Assembly (NCBI GenBank): GCA_020628975.1
Contig: JAHDEF010000003.1
Span: 1-32,817 of the forward strand
Length of the DNA: 32,817 bases
From: Aquimarina sp.
Lineage (GTDB): Bacteria > Bacteroidota > Bacteroidia > Flavobacteriales > Flavobacteriaceae
Direction: 5' to 3'
The notes below the pieces were generated by a model. The model saw only the letters and a program-made list of their open reading frames with translations. It made no database searches and had not been told where the DNA came from. Each line of letters opens with the position of its first letter. The first letter of the stretch is position 1. Below, one piece after another: positions 9,001 to 16,975 of the stretch. The position numbers and the translations under genes were made by a program.

Positions 9001-11816
9001 TAGATAATGCGGCAGGAGATAACCCAAGAACGGTGATAGGAAGAAATGCCACTTTAGCTTCAGGAGTCTTTACTGCACGAGAAATTTTTGAAGATCAATT
9101 GGCAGGTCTGTTTAATGAACCTGATAGAATTTTCTATCAAGTTGAAGTTGAAGATCGCTTTGGTTGTACTATGGTTTCTAATATAGATTTTATTAGACAA
9201 CCTCAACCATTAGATATACAATTGGTGCAGGTTGAAATTCCTATGAGTTGCGATATTCGTATTCAAGCTCAAGGTGAAACGGAACAAGTACGTTTTAGAG
9301 CTGAAGGTGGTACAGGTGCATTGACTTTTGAAGTTTTAGCAGCTAATGAAGATGGATCTATCCGAGAGCCAGAACAGGTATTAACTTCTTCATTAAACTT
9401 TAATGATTTAGATAGTAATGGCAACCTTATTACACCAATAGTCCTTAATTCAGGTGACCCGAACGAAGCTTTATTCGAATTGATTCCAGGGTTTAATTAT
9501 ATCAGAGTAACGGATGCCAACGGTTGTTCGGAAACTACTTTTTATCAAGTAGGAAATCCACCTTTACCTATTGAGGCTACAATTACCGCATTGCCTGATA
9601 GCGATGGCGTATTATGTCAAGACACTACAGGAATTGTAAATATTATTGGAAACGCTAGAGGAGGTGTAGGTGATTACACATACGAAGTGGTTTTAATAGT
9701 CCCTGATAATAGTCAGCCTACAGGGTTTAGAGAGTTAACAGCTGCGGATTCACCTAGGATTCCTGTTATTTTGGGAGAGATTGAAAATCCAACCTCTACT
9801 TTATTTACAAATTTAGTAGGCTTAAGATTCGATAGAACACCTCTTGCCGATGGAGGTAATGGGTTACCAGCCGATATGACTTATGGATATAAAATTACGT
9901 CGGGTAGTTGTCCCGTATTCATAGAGCCATTTGACTATAATGAGCGCTTAATAAATATAGAACCTATTGAAATAACTAGACCTTCTTGTGCCAATGAAGA
10001 AGATGCATCGATTGCTGTTACTTTTGCAAATCCTATGTTGGCTGATGCTGGCGAATATAGTGTAACGATAATTCGAGAAAGTAGACCTGACGGATCAGGA
10101 AATTTCGAACTAATAAATGCAGAAGCTAGACTATTTAATTTGACAGATGATATTGCTCAATCAAGAACTGTTACATTCGACAATTTATTTGATGGGAATT
10201 ATTTGATTCGAGTTAACAGTGCTGACGGTTGTTTAGTTGTTGACCAAATAAGAATAGAACCAAAAGAGCCTCTTGTAGTTCGAGAAGTATCACGTACCCC
10301 TGTAGACGTATTTATAGACCCTGATACAGGAAGTCGAGAAAGTGACGTTTGTCAAGGAGATAATTATAATATTACTTTTGAAATAGAAGGTGGTACACCT
10401 CCTTATTTTTATCAGTTGATTGAAGCAAACTCTGAAGAGCCTTTAGACCCTGAGCTTAATTTATGGGGTATTGTTAATCAAGTCGATTTTGACATAACCA
10501 ATGTAGATGGACCTGGTTTTTATGTTGCTATAGATCAAAGTTTAATTGATGAGAATACGCAATACGAGTTATTTGTTATAGATACAGGTAATGGATTTGT
10601 TCGAAACCTCGATCAAGCTACGATTGATGATACAGACGCTACAAATAATAGTTTTAGATACAATGTAAATGAATCAGATACTATTTTACCAGAAACAGTT
10701 TGTAGAACATTTAGTACTTCATTCGAATTTGTAGCTCCTATTTTAGACCAGTTTGTGGTGGAGCCATTTGTGAATTGTATTCCATTAGTAGCAGGAGATG
10801 TACTGACTTATAATTTGAGAGTTGTAGTTCCTGATGAGTTGGGCTTAAATCCTGATGGACTTACCTACATAGCTTATGTTGATGATGGAACAGGAAATTA
10901 TACGAATAGATTGAATGCAGGGCAACCAGAAGAAATAATTTTACAAAGTGGTTTTGTTCCTGATTTGGATGATAATATTATTGCCAATGTGCCTGCAGGA
11001 GAAGTTTATATCGGCTTAAGATACCAATACATTAATAGAGTAGGTGATGAAGTGGTTTGTTATACCTTTGAGACTAATGGCGGAAGTATCAATCCTGACT
11101 TTGAAAACTTAACAATCGATCCATTAAATAGTACTTTCGAAGGAGAAGTTATGGACTTACCAGCCTTCAATGAGTTAATGTTCGAAACCAATTTTACAAG
11201 CGGCAATAATACCCTTGTAGAAAACGCTCTATTTATAGAAGCGATTGGACTAAACCAATACAGAATCCAAGGTCTTGATGGTTTTGGTACGGGCAGTTAT
11301 TCTTATGAGGTAATTAATAACAATAATGCTTCTACCATTTCCGTTTCATCTAACGGTGAATTTAATATTACGGAAACAGGTAACTATAGCATCAGAGTCA
11401 TTTCAAGAACAAATTTAGAAAGTACGGATGATAGACTTATTCCTCAGGAATGTGACGTGACTGAAAATGCTTTATTGAAATTTATTGATTTAGAAATCCC
11501 TAATGTATTCTATCCTGATAGTGATAACACAGAACAATCATTCTGGTATCCGGATCAAATTCTTTTTGATAATATTCCAGGAGGAAGTAATCTTGAGGAT
11601 TTTAGAAATATGGAAGTAATGGTATTTGACCGCTATGGAAGATTGATTCAAGAATTTAAAGGGTTAAAAGATCGTAGAAATGGTGAAGGATGGGATGGAA
11701 CTTATGAAGGAAGTAGAATGCCTAGCGGTGACTATTGGTTCTTAATTAAGTTAAATGATAAGGATAATCGCGAATTTACAGGGCACTTTACACTTTATCG
11801 TAAATCGGGTAACTAG
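3..11816 (+). CDS. sprB: Giant SprB-like gliding-motility/surface adhesin with T9SS type-B C-terminal domain (5'-truncated by the window edge)
   Basis: The frame is open from nt 3 (GDSVTVISG...GIYTLVVTDGNGC-MAAD), so ATG138 is internal. There are many Cys-flanked ~100-aa beta-sandwich repeats (C..G.I....GG..Y.Y / G.Y...V.D..GC). The C-terminus IPNVFYP...VFDRYGRLI...GWDGTYEG..MPSGDYWF...GHFTLYR is a type-B (CHU_C-like) CTD. A PorP/SprF gene follows immediately. Orthology to sprB itself, rather than a paralog, is inferred. Confidence 0.85.
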   Translation, partial: GDSVTVISGQTNPLIGSTSPVANFSFDSSNGDGIYTLVVTDGNGCMAADTLNINFPPEIQINTEILNGCIPNATVTDPIAIRIAITDLSGIAPGGNYIHRWYAQGTDPASLPAFSSPFSSDNPIFINDTGITSAGIYVVEVQDEASGCPVTDTFEILAPVTASLTANDPIRCDASGNIPSNRFVYEAALSIMGGVGVPYDLEVFDGTGTEITDQISIVDRDTATPRFLFTSAFDTDARRAISIRVIDNATPVNCQLATPTTFSIEVPEFPSATIEFEPIECNNGNTNITINATPTSETLEYRFCGEDCTEADLEALAFVSGANVANGIEAGVFRYQVRNSLGCIFSDDFNIEEPSVLSVNTDDSEPVTCGSLGSGSDGIIRAQASGGALGGAAVRYTYELVGNGTIRTRENITSQATFNNIVADITYQLTVTVLTNSGVPTSCTLTRPITLPNNPSFEDIGFETEVTDCNSGVSLYFVLDNANDASQLEIGVEGADFVSPEISATDDVARFGNTDFTSEPSDITFSTGIANSPEAQQRYFRITNLPFKTAGEEYVIRVRELGTLNNCPTTLEFPAEVNPFITITEVNPTPTGACTADTGTLEVVFEVSDTSLLGETFTAEVFDGTTSLGTPGSGVITTSPGTLIITGLPEITTATVVVSSGSCEATAPSPALPVNPMLENPSGGSTLANCNDNAVLSLSASGGSGNYSFSITNINAAAPGTFGALGTSSFEMNSSEAVALDSRITLVENISSPTIAQQAVIDSDPFVFGLVDVWVRDSNLCVAGPVPVGVRRVNTPSFTILDIANECDGNSFDVSYQIGNYDANQTYRISGSYSENINAASLTAVTATTVTGTFTVSNRGDFDINLSGNATACTVPASFTIFSPFTTTVTAGNANCDGSITGISIAALNNGFVNPNRSVVYELYQGTDTSGGVIDIPQTVNAANPGSITFNTGLVTATSYLVVIRDIFDPSNGSSARVCERSFPVAPVDAIPSITVSNETPVSPSCPNTATGSVEITVSPDTVSISEYALFFYSSAVAADNHASTPSTNVTRQTTPAFFGLEDGFYVAEATIDGTVCSTASSRFEIQDPVLPVIADFNIVGNQVCNNTTETGERSASISITFPTLPDDGDYVYRIVRAGNFDSGDVGFDNTSDNPILIENIPFPEVTGQTFTYTVSITDNSRPTCPQASIGSQNITFTACPEFVPDPEVVDIQVLPTAVACSDEELFDISFRVTDTGDPNFPFTYDVFGGPPFVNDNGNNITVDQVDLTGLSVDDRDDYQITLISLDPDNYVFSENRDVITIPLLSPGDLFIPNPLSVSLVDVTPICTGNAYTESLELRVPDGLGTGPFTFELFPVVDNSDPDNIILGTSLGTDTPVARTSTAFSVNTNGNYRVVVTDNTTGGPCSAITDFPIVLPNPLNATLTPLDVCLPDTDLRVNITPGSSRPTRYRYYRSGTTPPTFDNLITTTTSQFNIQDIDEAGTWTIEITNDDGCIFSLGDVIINATLATTNVNRFNPTCTADGDVPGDGATISFMVTGGTSSYLYTFDEVTTDTNGDEVLTPVTRSDVAISGTNANPTFGFDRSMFDGATIQISINDSNVDGTCNLSITERFGPLYPENLTAGFMTNAILCEGESGSIVIDMPTSGSGAFTYTFYEADLFVDVATSTPLQGPSNIPSYSTENQLNVIYVVDDTNTGCRFISSAIAISDTTVQADNIMATDITCLNANAGSVTVNVSRGSGTFRYELLDPNDTSLPAIATIDKTPADTDNRQAVFTSLVPDEYLVRITDTGNSCPTSIETETVRVAAVSDIEIRDIIGFACDDASGATFIFSVFEPGITLPAPYEIGINGATPVDPSANLTDDFYTFDEADAAGIVPAGINISTSQRERFYVVTGLPIGVEHDLIILNNSTRGGTGCTRSAQLLQNTDPIEDIRGFACDDDGGATFIFSVPGNDPGPFLISVNGGPDIDPSADLNDNFYTYAEAAAVSPAVIPSVFPIPDASEQNEFYIVTGLPTAIDNVLIVTSDDSRGGTGCEREAVLRRDTDVIDTITVTPTGITNCPSDSVITLGSAIVNFTIGTSTATDFEMTLLDADTFAPVGGISPSNPIVTTVANIDFTFTNLPAGDYVVQVYETGSSCGTISDPFTIEEIPPLVAPTVLSNFPANCNEDALVTVTASGGNPFDTGVPYEYAIRLDGDVTPVTSLPFAQDDSFEIAITPPATSAMYELYVRDENNCIVRGANFTITRTPEPEVSIVTPVSSNQCNGTSNFPVTIRIDNYVSTRAPYRVEIQQGTEITNQILNVDEGTFEAEISLPRRGNFTINVFDNIGCNDAGNAFEVREALTAMIDPTPTANCDGTITDINVTISGGSADPANVTYELFRNGISIVGAQAAPNFASSPLLITGADYEVVVRDTFETINGTPLARACSATTIPINILPIERSTPDEIIEISPITCTDDTDGGLRLPLDAALGTSPALPIEFALYIYTSEVDALAAIAEVQTSGVAPSTGTQIGTVQSSDLFSNLDDGWYAGFVINNSCYTAFPIPAELVNPDPHVVADITGTVIEGSCNPNQNPIYRISVNDVAGIEPYFYQIDGGPRILIPGTDVVDDTTIIPPLEVDVNLTPGPHTITFSDSVNPICFVGPLRQESPIIPEFRLPEIAVSQSAAFDCLSDEVVDIVVTGNRTTTYEVAAFRTDGSLVTPIPSMLAIQRTAPDDDEFTVQFTLTEPGTYVFEATDTAGNGCSVVSDPYSFENVEQLSASLIGVPMVDCVGDEDAAITFRVDNFEGFLAYDITPRPTGSTFPIIVDTATITDPNREISSPAIFGAGDYVLTVTAVADISGAPQSVRSECTATRMDVSVGDPNTPVELRVNDVDPITCSNEADGVDIVAQGLFGNPPYEFQLRRIAPTVADIQLFGMTPVNDTGVFAGITEPGTYEISIRDSKSCEVLMPTEIVIEEFRSLPSVSITTVQPNCPGDRGSIVVDATINNSISGEENPIIYRLLQLDNAAGDNPRTVIGRNATLASGVFTAREIFEDQLAGLFNEPDRIFYQVEVEDRFGCTMVSNIDFIRQPQPLDIQLVQVEIPMSCDIRIQAQGETEQVRFRAEGGTGALTFEVLAANEDGSIREPEQVLTSSLNFNDLDSNGNLITPIVLNSGDPNEALFELIPGFNYIRVTDANGCSETTFYQVGNPPLPIEATITALPDSDGVLCQDTTGIVNIIGNARGGVGDYTYEVVLIVPDNSQPTGFRELTAADSPRIPVILGEIENPTSTLFTNLVGLRFDRTPLADGGNGLPADMTYGYKITSGSCPVFIEPFDYNERLINIEPIEITRPSCANEEDASIAVTFANPMLADAGEYSVTIIRESRPDGSGNFELINAEARLFNLTDDIAQSRTVTFDNLFDGNYLIRVNSADGCLVVDQIRIEPKEPLVVREVSRTPVDVFIDPDTGSRESDVCQGDNYNITFEIEGGTPPYFYQLIEANSEEPLDPELNLWGIVNQVDFDITNVDGPGFYVAIDQSLIDENTQYELFVIDTGNGFVRNLDQATIDDTDATNNSFRYNVNESDTILPETVCRTFSTSFEFVAPILDQFVVEPFVNCIPLVAGDVLTYNLRVVVPDELGLNPDGLTYIAYVDDGTGNYTNRLNAGQPEEIILQSGFVPDLDDNIIANVPAGEVYIGLRYQYINRVGDEVVCYTFETNGGSINPDFENLTIDPLNSTFEGEVMDLPAFNELMFETNFTSGNNTLVENALFIEAIGLNQYRIQGLDGFGTGSYSYEVINNNNASTISVSSNGEFNITETGNYSIRVISRTNLESTDDRLIPQECDVTENALLKFIDLEIPNVFYPDSDNTEQSFWYPDQILFDNIPGGSNLEDFRNMEVMVFDRYGRLIQEFKGLKDRRNGEGWDGTYEGSRMPSGDYWFLIKLNDKDNREFTGHFTLYRKSGN
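5439..6140 (+). repeat. Tandem 117-aa (351-nt) domain duplication inside the adhesin
   Basis: DIIGFACDDASGATFIFSV...DPSANLTDDFYT...FYVVTGLP...TRGGTGC starts at 5439. DIRGFACDDDGGATFIFSV...DPSADLNDNFYT...FYIVTGLP...SRGGTGC starts at 5790. Confidence 0.92.
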
Positions 11817-11827
11817 TAAGTAAGAAA

Positions 11828-12772
11828 ATGAAGAAATTAATTAAATATGTATTAGGATTTTGTCTTGCTTATCAGGCCTCAGGGCAAGAGCAAACATTAC
11901 CTATCATCAATCAGTATATTGCCGATAATCCATTTTTATTATCAGCAGCTTATGCGGGTATTGGTGATTGTTGGCAGGCTCGATTTACGGGTTTTGAACA
12001 GTGGGTAGGTTTGTCAGATGCTCCTTCTACACAGTCCTTATCTATTGATGGTAGAATTGCCAACAGAAGTGGTATTGGTGCCGTGATTTTTAACGATAGC
12101 AATGGTTTTACGGAGCAAAAGGGGGTACAGCTATCTTTTGCACATCATGTGACCTTATCGGAATATAGAAGACAATACCTATCATTTGGTATTAGCTACA
12201 AACTACAGCAATTTACCATTGATAGCTCAAATTTTAATAGGATGTTATCAGATAGCCCTGTAGGTGATATACAACGTACCGATAATAATTTTGATGTCAG
12301 TATTCTATACCGTCATCAATCTTTTTTCATAAGTGCAAATGCCATTAACTTATTAAATAAAGATATTCTTGATTTTAACAGTTTAGAACCGGCACAAATT
12401 CAAAATTACTATGTGTATTCGGGTTTTACTTTTGATAATTTAATCAAAGAAGTACAATATGAGCCTTCGATTTTATATAGAAGATTTTCAGGCGACGAGC
12501 GTTCAACTTTAGATGTTAATTTTAAGATCAGAAAGTTTTATAGAGATAGTTATTTCTGGGCAGGAATCTCAGCTAGAGGTTTAATTGATCAATCGTTTAA
12601 ACCTGTTTCAGTAGCACCCTTAGTAGGTATAAAAAGACAAAAATTCTACTTTGCTTATGGATATCAAATAAACACCAATGAATCCTTAGCATTAACTGCT
12701 GGAGGTTCTCATTTAGTAACTATAGGTATCGATTTTGCGTGTAAGAAAAGTTCTTGTGGATGTACTTTTTAA
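11828..12772 (+). CDS. sprF: PorP/SprF family T9SS outer-membrane beta-barrel
   Basis: Signal peptide; QY..NPFLLSAAYAG, QWVGLSDAPSTQSLS, SGIGAVIFNDSNG and GSHLVTIG motifs. Lies 11 nt after the type-B CTD gene, as in sprB-sprF. Confidence 0.88.
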   Translation: MKKLIKYVLGFCLAYQASGQEQTLPIINQYIADNPFLLSAAYAGIGDCWQARFTGFEQWVGLSDAPSTQSLSIDGRIANRSGIGAVIFNDSNGFTEQKGVQLSFAHHVTLSEYRRQYLSFGISYKLQQFTIDSSNFNRMLSDSPVGDIQRTDNNFDVSILYRHQSFFISANAINLLNKDILDFNSLEPAQIQNYYVYSGFTFDNLIKEVQYEPSILYRRFSGDERSTLDVNFKIRKFYRDSYFWAGISARGLIDQSFKPVSVAPLVGIKRQKFYFAYGYQINTNESLALTAGGSHLVTIGIDFACKKSSCGCTF

Positions 12773-12813
12773 ATTTGAAATGACTTCTTAACACTTACTG
12801 TCAATTATTATAG

Positions 12814-14568
12814 ATGAAAAATACTTCTTTACTAATAAAATTTCTATTTGGTTATTTTATCACTTCTTCAATCGTGTATACTTATGCTCAAGTCTCTGAA
12901 TCGAATTTATTACTCAGACTAAATTGTGGAGGTAATGACGTTATGGTCAATTCAAAGCTTTATGAAGAAGATCTTTTTTTTGATAACGGGGGAATATTCA
13001 GCAACTTTGATAACAACGATATTTTAATTACTACTGAAGATGTAGTTTATAAGACTGAACGGACACAGAACGGAGGTTTTTCATATACTATTCCTATTAC
13101 CAATGGAACTTATACGGTAAGACTACATTTTGCAGAGATTTTTTTTGGAGCACCTGGTAAGGGAAATGACGGAGTAGGAAAAAGAGTATTTAGCGTTGAT
13201 GCAGAAGGAAACAGAATTATATCGAGTTTAGATTTAAATGAAGCTGTAGGAACGCTTACAGCGCATATAGAAGAACATCAGGTTGCTATTCTTGACGGAG
13301 AAATGAATCTAAATTTTATTGACGAAATAAATCAACCTAAAGTTTCTGCTATAGAAATTTACGGTTCAGGAACCATAACCAGGCCGCCAGATACTTCTTG
13401 TGAGTGGGAAACATTATCTGATAGCTCATTGCCTAGATTAGAATCACAAAGTATTGTTGTTAACAACTTATTATACGTGTTTTCAGGCTTTACAAATGGG
13501 CTAAAAATAACAGGACTTACAGAATCATACGACGCTTTTTTAGATGAATGGACAACTCTCGCACCAATGCCTACCCCTGTTACCCATATGGGTATTGTAA
13601 GTGTAGGTAATCAAATATGGATATTAGGTGGTTTTATAGGCGATCACCCAGGTATAGCAACAGATTTGGTTCAAATTTATAATATTGATACAAATTCTTG
13701 GAGTACAGGAACACAATTGCCAAATGCAAGAGGTTCGCTTGCTGCAGCTAAAGAAAATAATTCGATTCATATTATTGGGGGATTGTTACCTGATCGTGTA
13801 ACCGATGTTGGGGAACATTATGTGTTTAATACAGAAAACACTTCTTTGGGATGGCAGCAACTAGCAGATATGCCAGAACCTAGAAATCATCATAGTGCTG
13901 CCGTAGTGAATGGTAAACTTTATGCTATCGGGGGTCAAAGAGGACACGATATGGGAACTGATGATCAAAAATTTTTACATGAGTATGACCCGAATAATGA
14001 TTCTTGGACTAGAAAAGCAGATTTAGTTGGAGATCGCTCTCATTTTGAGCCGGGAACGATAGTTTATGATGGTAAAATTATCATTGTAGGGGGTAGAAAT
14101 GGAGGGCAATTTTTTAAGGAAATTACGGAATATGATCCTATTAACGATGTATGGACAGAGCTTTGCACACTTCCAGATAAAGTACTTGCACCAGTAGCAA
14201 AAGTTATAGGCACGGAATTAATTGTAGCAAATGGGGGAATAAACGGGACGTGTTGTCCGACGACCAGAACGCTTGGTGTTGATTTATTTTCTGGAGTAAC
14301 TTTAAATAGCTTAAATCATATTCCAGAAATTCGTAATAACATTTCAGCATACCCAAACCCTTCTGAAGGGACCATAAAATTTAGAGCTAGTAATCCTTCT
14401 TTCATCTTTTCAGTACAAGTTTTTGATGCCAATGGTAGTTTAGTATATGAAAATAATGAAGTATTTCCTGAAAAAGGAATAGATTTGAGAGAGCTTCATA
14501 CGGGAATGTATTTTCTTAAAATTATTACAGGAAAAGAAATTCTAGTAGAAAGTCTTATGATGAAGTAA
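12814..14568 (+). CDS. Secreted malectin domain + Kelch beta-propeller protein with T9SS type-A CTD
   Basis: Malectin motifs RLNCGG...YKTER...YTVRLHFAEIFF...RVFSV...PKVSAIEI. About six Kelch repeats (GG...Y....W...MP.PR). C-terminal AYPNPS...G.YFLKI. Confidence 0.85.
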   Translation: MKNTSLLIKFLFGYFITSSIVYTYAQVSESNLLLRLNCGGNDVMVNSKLYEEDLFFDNGGIFSNFDNNDILITTEDVVYKTERTQNGGFSYTIPITNGTYTVRLHFAEIFFGAPGKGNDGVGKRVFSVDAEGNRIISSLDLNEAVGTLTAHIEEHQVAILDGEMNLNFIDEINQPKVSAIEIYGSGTITRPPDTSCEWETLSDSSLPRLESQSIVVNNLLYVFSGFTNGLKITGLTESYDAFLDEWTTLAPMPTPVTHMGIVSVGNQIWILGGFIGDHPGIATDLVQIYNIDTNSWSTGTQLPNARGSLAAAKENNSIHIIGGLLPDRVTDVGEHYVFNTENTSLGWQQLADMPEPRNHHSAAVVNGKLYAIGGQRGHDMGTDDQKFLHEYDPNNDSWTRKADLVGDRSHFEPGTIVYDGKIIIVGGRNGGQFFKEITEYDPINDVWTELCTLPDKVLAPVAKVIGTELIVANGGINGTCCPTTRTLGVDLFSGVTLNSLNHIPEIRNNISAYPNPSEGTIKFRASNPSFIFSVQVFDANGSLVYENNEVFPEKGIDLRELHTGMYFLKIITGKEILVESLMMK

Positions 14569-14578
14569 CTTTTAAAGC

Positions 14579-15553
14579 TTATTTGTGCAAACGATTTTTC
14601 AAAATAGCTAAGGAACACTGTAGCTTGACTGTTTTAGTAACAGCTATGGGTACAGTGTTTTTAACGGTTAGTATTTGATCTTTAATACTAATTTTTAAAA
14701 TATAGGCATCTCCAAAATAATAGCATTTAAATACAACACCTTCAATTCCATTTTTGCTATCGTTGATTGTAATTTCGTTAGGATATAGAATTATTTTTTT
14801 ATCGGGAAGACTTTTGTCAAATAGGCTCGCAAAAACTTCATTTACCTCTGAAAATAATGAGGCAGTATAAACGCCTTTGGGATTATTGAATATTTCTTTG
14901 GGCGTATTTTTTGTTACAATTTCTCCTTGTTTCATGATAATTACTTCATCTGAAAAAGGAAGTACATCACTCTTATCATGTGTTGCCGTAATACAACTGA
15001 TGTCATTCGATTTTAAATAGTCAAATAAGCGATAACGCAGTTCATTCTTACGAAAGTGGTCTATCTGGCTAAAAGGCTCATCTAAAAGGAGGATTTCAGG
15101 TTCATTTGCCAAGACTTTAGCAAGTGCTACACGTTGTTTTTGTCCCCCGCTAAGATTTTTAACTTTTATATCTTTAAAAGCTAATAAATCAACCACCTCT
15201 ATCAATTCTAAAGCCCTTTGTTCTCGCTCTTGCATGTAAAATCGAGATAAATGCTCTGCTACATTTTCAAAAACGGTCGTGTAGGGCATTATATCAAGTT
15301 CTTGAGTCAGAAACTTCATTAATGAATGTCCAGGTACTAAATGATGCTCTGGCCCTAATAATCGTTTGCCGTTATAGTGGATAGATCCACTATCTAGATC
15401 TAATAACCCATAAATAGCTTTTAAAAGGGTGCTTTTTCCACAGCCACTTTCTCCCATAATAGCTATATGCTGCCCTTTTTCCAGACTAAAAGAAATATTA
15501 TTTAGTGTAATCTTATTTTGATAAGCAAAGGAAATTTCTTCTACGACCAGCAT
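14579..15553 (-). CDS. ABC transporter ATP-binding protein (PotA/FbpC-like, probable C-terminal TOBE domain)
   Basis: Walker A GESGCGKST, signature LSGGQKQR, Walker B LLLDEP, H-loop ATHD. Confidence 0.9.
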   Translation of the reverse strand: MLVVEEISFAYQNKITLNNISFSLEKGQHIAIMGESGCGKSTLLKAIYGLLDLDSGSIHYNGKRLLGPEHHLVPGHSLMKFLTQELDIMPYTTVFENVAEHLSRFYMQEREQRALELIEVVDLLAFKDIKVKNLSGGQKQRVALAKVLANEPEILLLDEPFSQIDHFRKNELRYRLFDYLKSNDISCITATHDKSDVLPFSDEVIIMKQGEIVTKNTPKEIFNNPKGVYTASLFSEVNEVFASLFDKSLPDKKIILYPNEITINDSKNGIEGVVFKCYYFGDAYILKISIKDQILTVKNTVPIAVTKTVKLQCSLAILKNRLHK

Positions 15554-15569
15554 AGTTCTGTATTTTTAA

Positions 15570-15577
15570 CAAAAATA
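15570..15577 (-). promoter_or_regulatory. Bacteroidota primary-sigma -7 box for the ABC ATPase gene
   Basis: TATTTTTG on the minus strand (TAnnTTTG consensus), 16 nt upstream of ATG15553. Confidence 0.5.
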
Positions 15578-15580
15578 GGC

Positions 15581-16975
15581 TTAAAGCTGAAAACTAATTC
15601 CAGAATAGATACCAAAAATATAAGGCCTAAAATTAGTTTCGCTATTGAAGGCATTCCATTGTATCTTAACAGTAGGTTCTAGGTTAAATTTTATGGTTTT
15701 GTTAATATTATAGTGTAATCCAATTCCGAAGTTATTAGAAAAAACAGTTGGATTTAGGTTATTAATACTATTGTCAAAACCTCGTATCAATCCATTTTGA
15801 AAAGTAGCATTACTCTCATTTTCGACCAATACGAAAGTACTTATTCCACTGATCAAGGAAAGACTAACGCGTTTGTCAATAAGTTTATACGAAACTTCTA
15901 AAGGAATTTCTATATAACTAATTTGTTGTTCAAATTCTCCTTGTACAAAAGCTGGTCTAGAAGGGTTGTCATTCTCTTCATCACGTCCCTCAGGTGCATC
16001 AGGAATATTGAACCCATCATTATCTAATCCTGAATCAGAACTAGGTTCTGGAGTTTCACTTTCAATGGTAGCATCAGAAATAATATTAAAATCGGGATGA
16101 CCTACAAAACCTTGAACAGCACTGAAATCGAAAGAAGATTGTAAAGGGGTGTTTACTGTTATTTGAGTACTGCTTAATCCCCCTCGAATAGCTAATCGAT
16201 CTGTAGGGTGATAAGCTATCTTTACCCCATAGCTTAAAGAGGTATTAAATTCTTGAGTAGAAATATTATTACCGAATGTAGAATTCCCTCTTAGGCTTGC
16301 ATAATTCAATTGTGCTAGCTGAGGTTGAATACTCCATTTCTTGGTGTTTTGTTTTTCTAAAGATTCTTTGATCTTTGGTAGTGTATCAAGAGGAGGAAAA
16401 GAATTATTTTCTACAAGCTCATTATGTAAGGGTTGTTCAATTATATTTTCAGGTACTTGTGGAATATTGTTAAGACTATGCGAATCATTTTCTGAGGAAG
16501 AATTTACAATGGGTATTTCTTTCTCTTTTGTATGAGTATAAGCAATGTTTTTTGAATGAAGTGCTGATTCCTCCTGGTTAGAAAAACGTTCCTTTTTTGC
16601 GATGCTTTTTTTAGAAATATTAGTACTAATAGAGTTTTTACTTTTAGGTGTATTTGTTGATTCATCTACAGCTACTATGATGGTTTCTTCTATTGTCTTT
16701 TCGTCAATAATTAGAGGACAAGGTGTATCTTCTTCAAATGTTAGCTGAGGTTCAATATCAATAACCGCAGTATTTTTATTGCTATAAAGAATACTAAATA
16801 ATAATATTAAAGAAGCAGCTATCCCTAAAGGAAACAATACGATGAGGCTACGTTTTTTTTTCTTTTCAGGTAATCGATCGGCAATATTTTCCCATAAGGC
16901 ACCTGTAGGTTGCATTTCAAAATCATGGAGTCCTTCCTTGAAAATGTGGTCGATATGTCGGTTCTCTTTATCCAC
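15581..16975 (-). CDS. Putative anti-sigma factor with TM helix, long polar linker and C-terminal outer-membrane beta-barrel (PorT-like)
   Basis: N-terminal IDHIFKEGL...P...WENIADRL, then KKKKR and a hydrophobic helix, a low-complexity linker, and alternating beta-strands (YIEIPLEVSY, GIGLHY, GIYSGISFQL). Overlaps the ECF sigma stop codon. Confidence 0.7.
   Translation of the reverse strand: MDKENRHIDHIFKEGLHDFEMQPTGALWENIADRLPEKKKKRSLIVLFPLGIAASLILLFSILYSNKNTAVIDIEPQLTFEEDTPCPLIIDEKTIEETIIVAVDESTNTPKSKNSISTNISKKSIAKKERFSNQEESALHSKNIAYTHTKEKEIPIVNSSSENDSHSLNNIPQVPENIIEQPLHNELVENNSFPPLDTLPKIKESLEKQNTKKWSIQPQLAQLNYASLRGNSTFGNNISTQEFNTSLSYGVKIAYHPTDRLAIRGGLSSTQITVNTPLQSSFDFSAVQGFVGHPDFNIISDATIESETPEPSSDSGLDNDGFNIPDAPEGRDEENDNPSRPAFVQGEFEQQISYIEIPLEVSYKLIDKRVSLSLISGISTFVLVENESNATFQNGLIRGFDNSINNLNPTVFSNNFGIGLHYNINKTIKFNLEPTVKIQWNAFNSETNFRPYIFGIYSGISFQL

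Noticed and set aside
16853-16861. A9 tract in the anti-sigma gene as a phase-variation switch
   Set aside because: It encodes the normal poly-Lys positive-inside stretch; such runs are common in this AT-rich DNA and the frame is intact.
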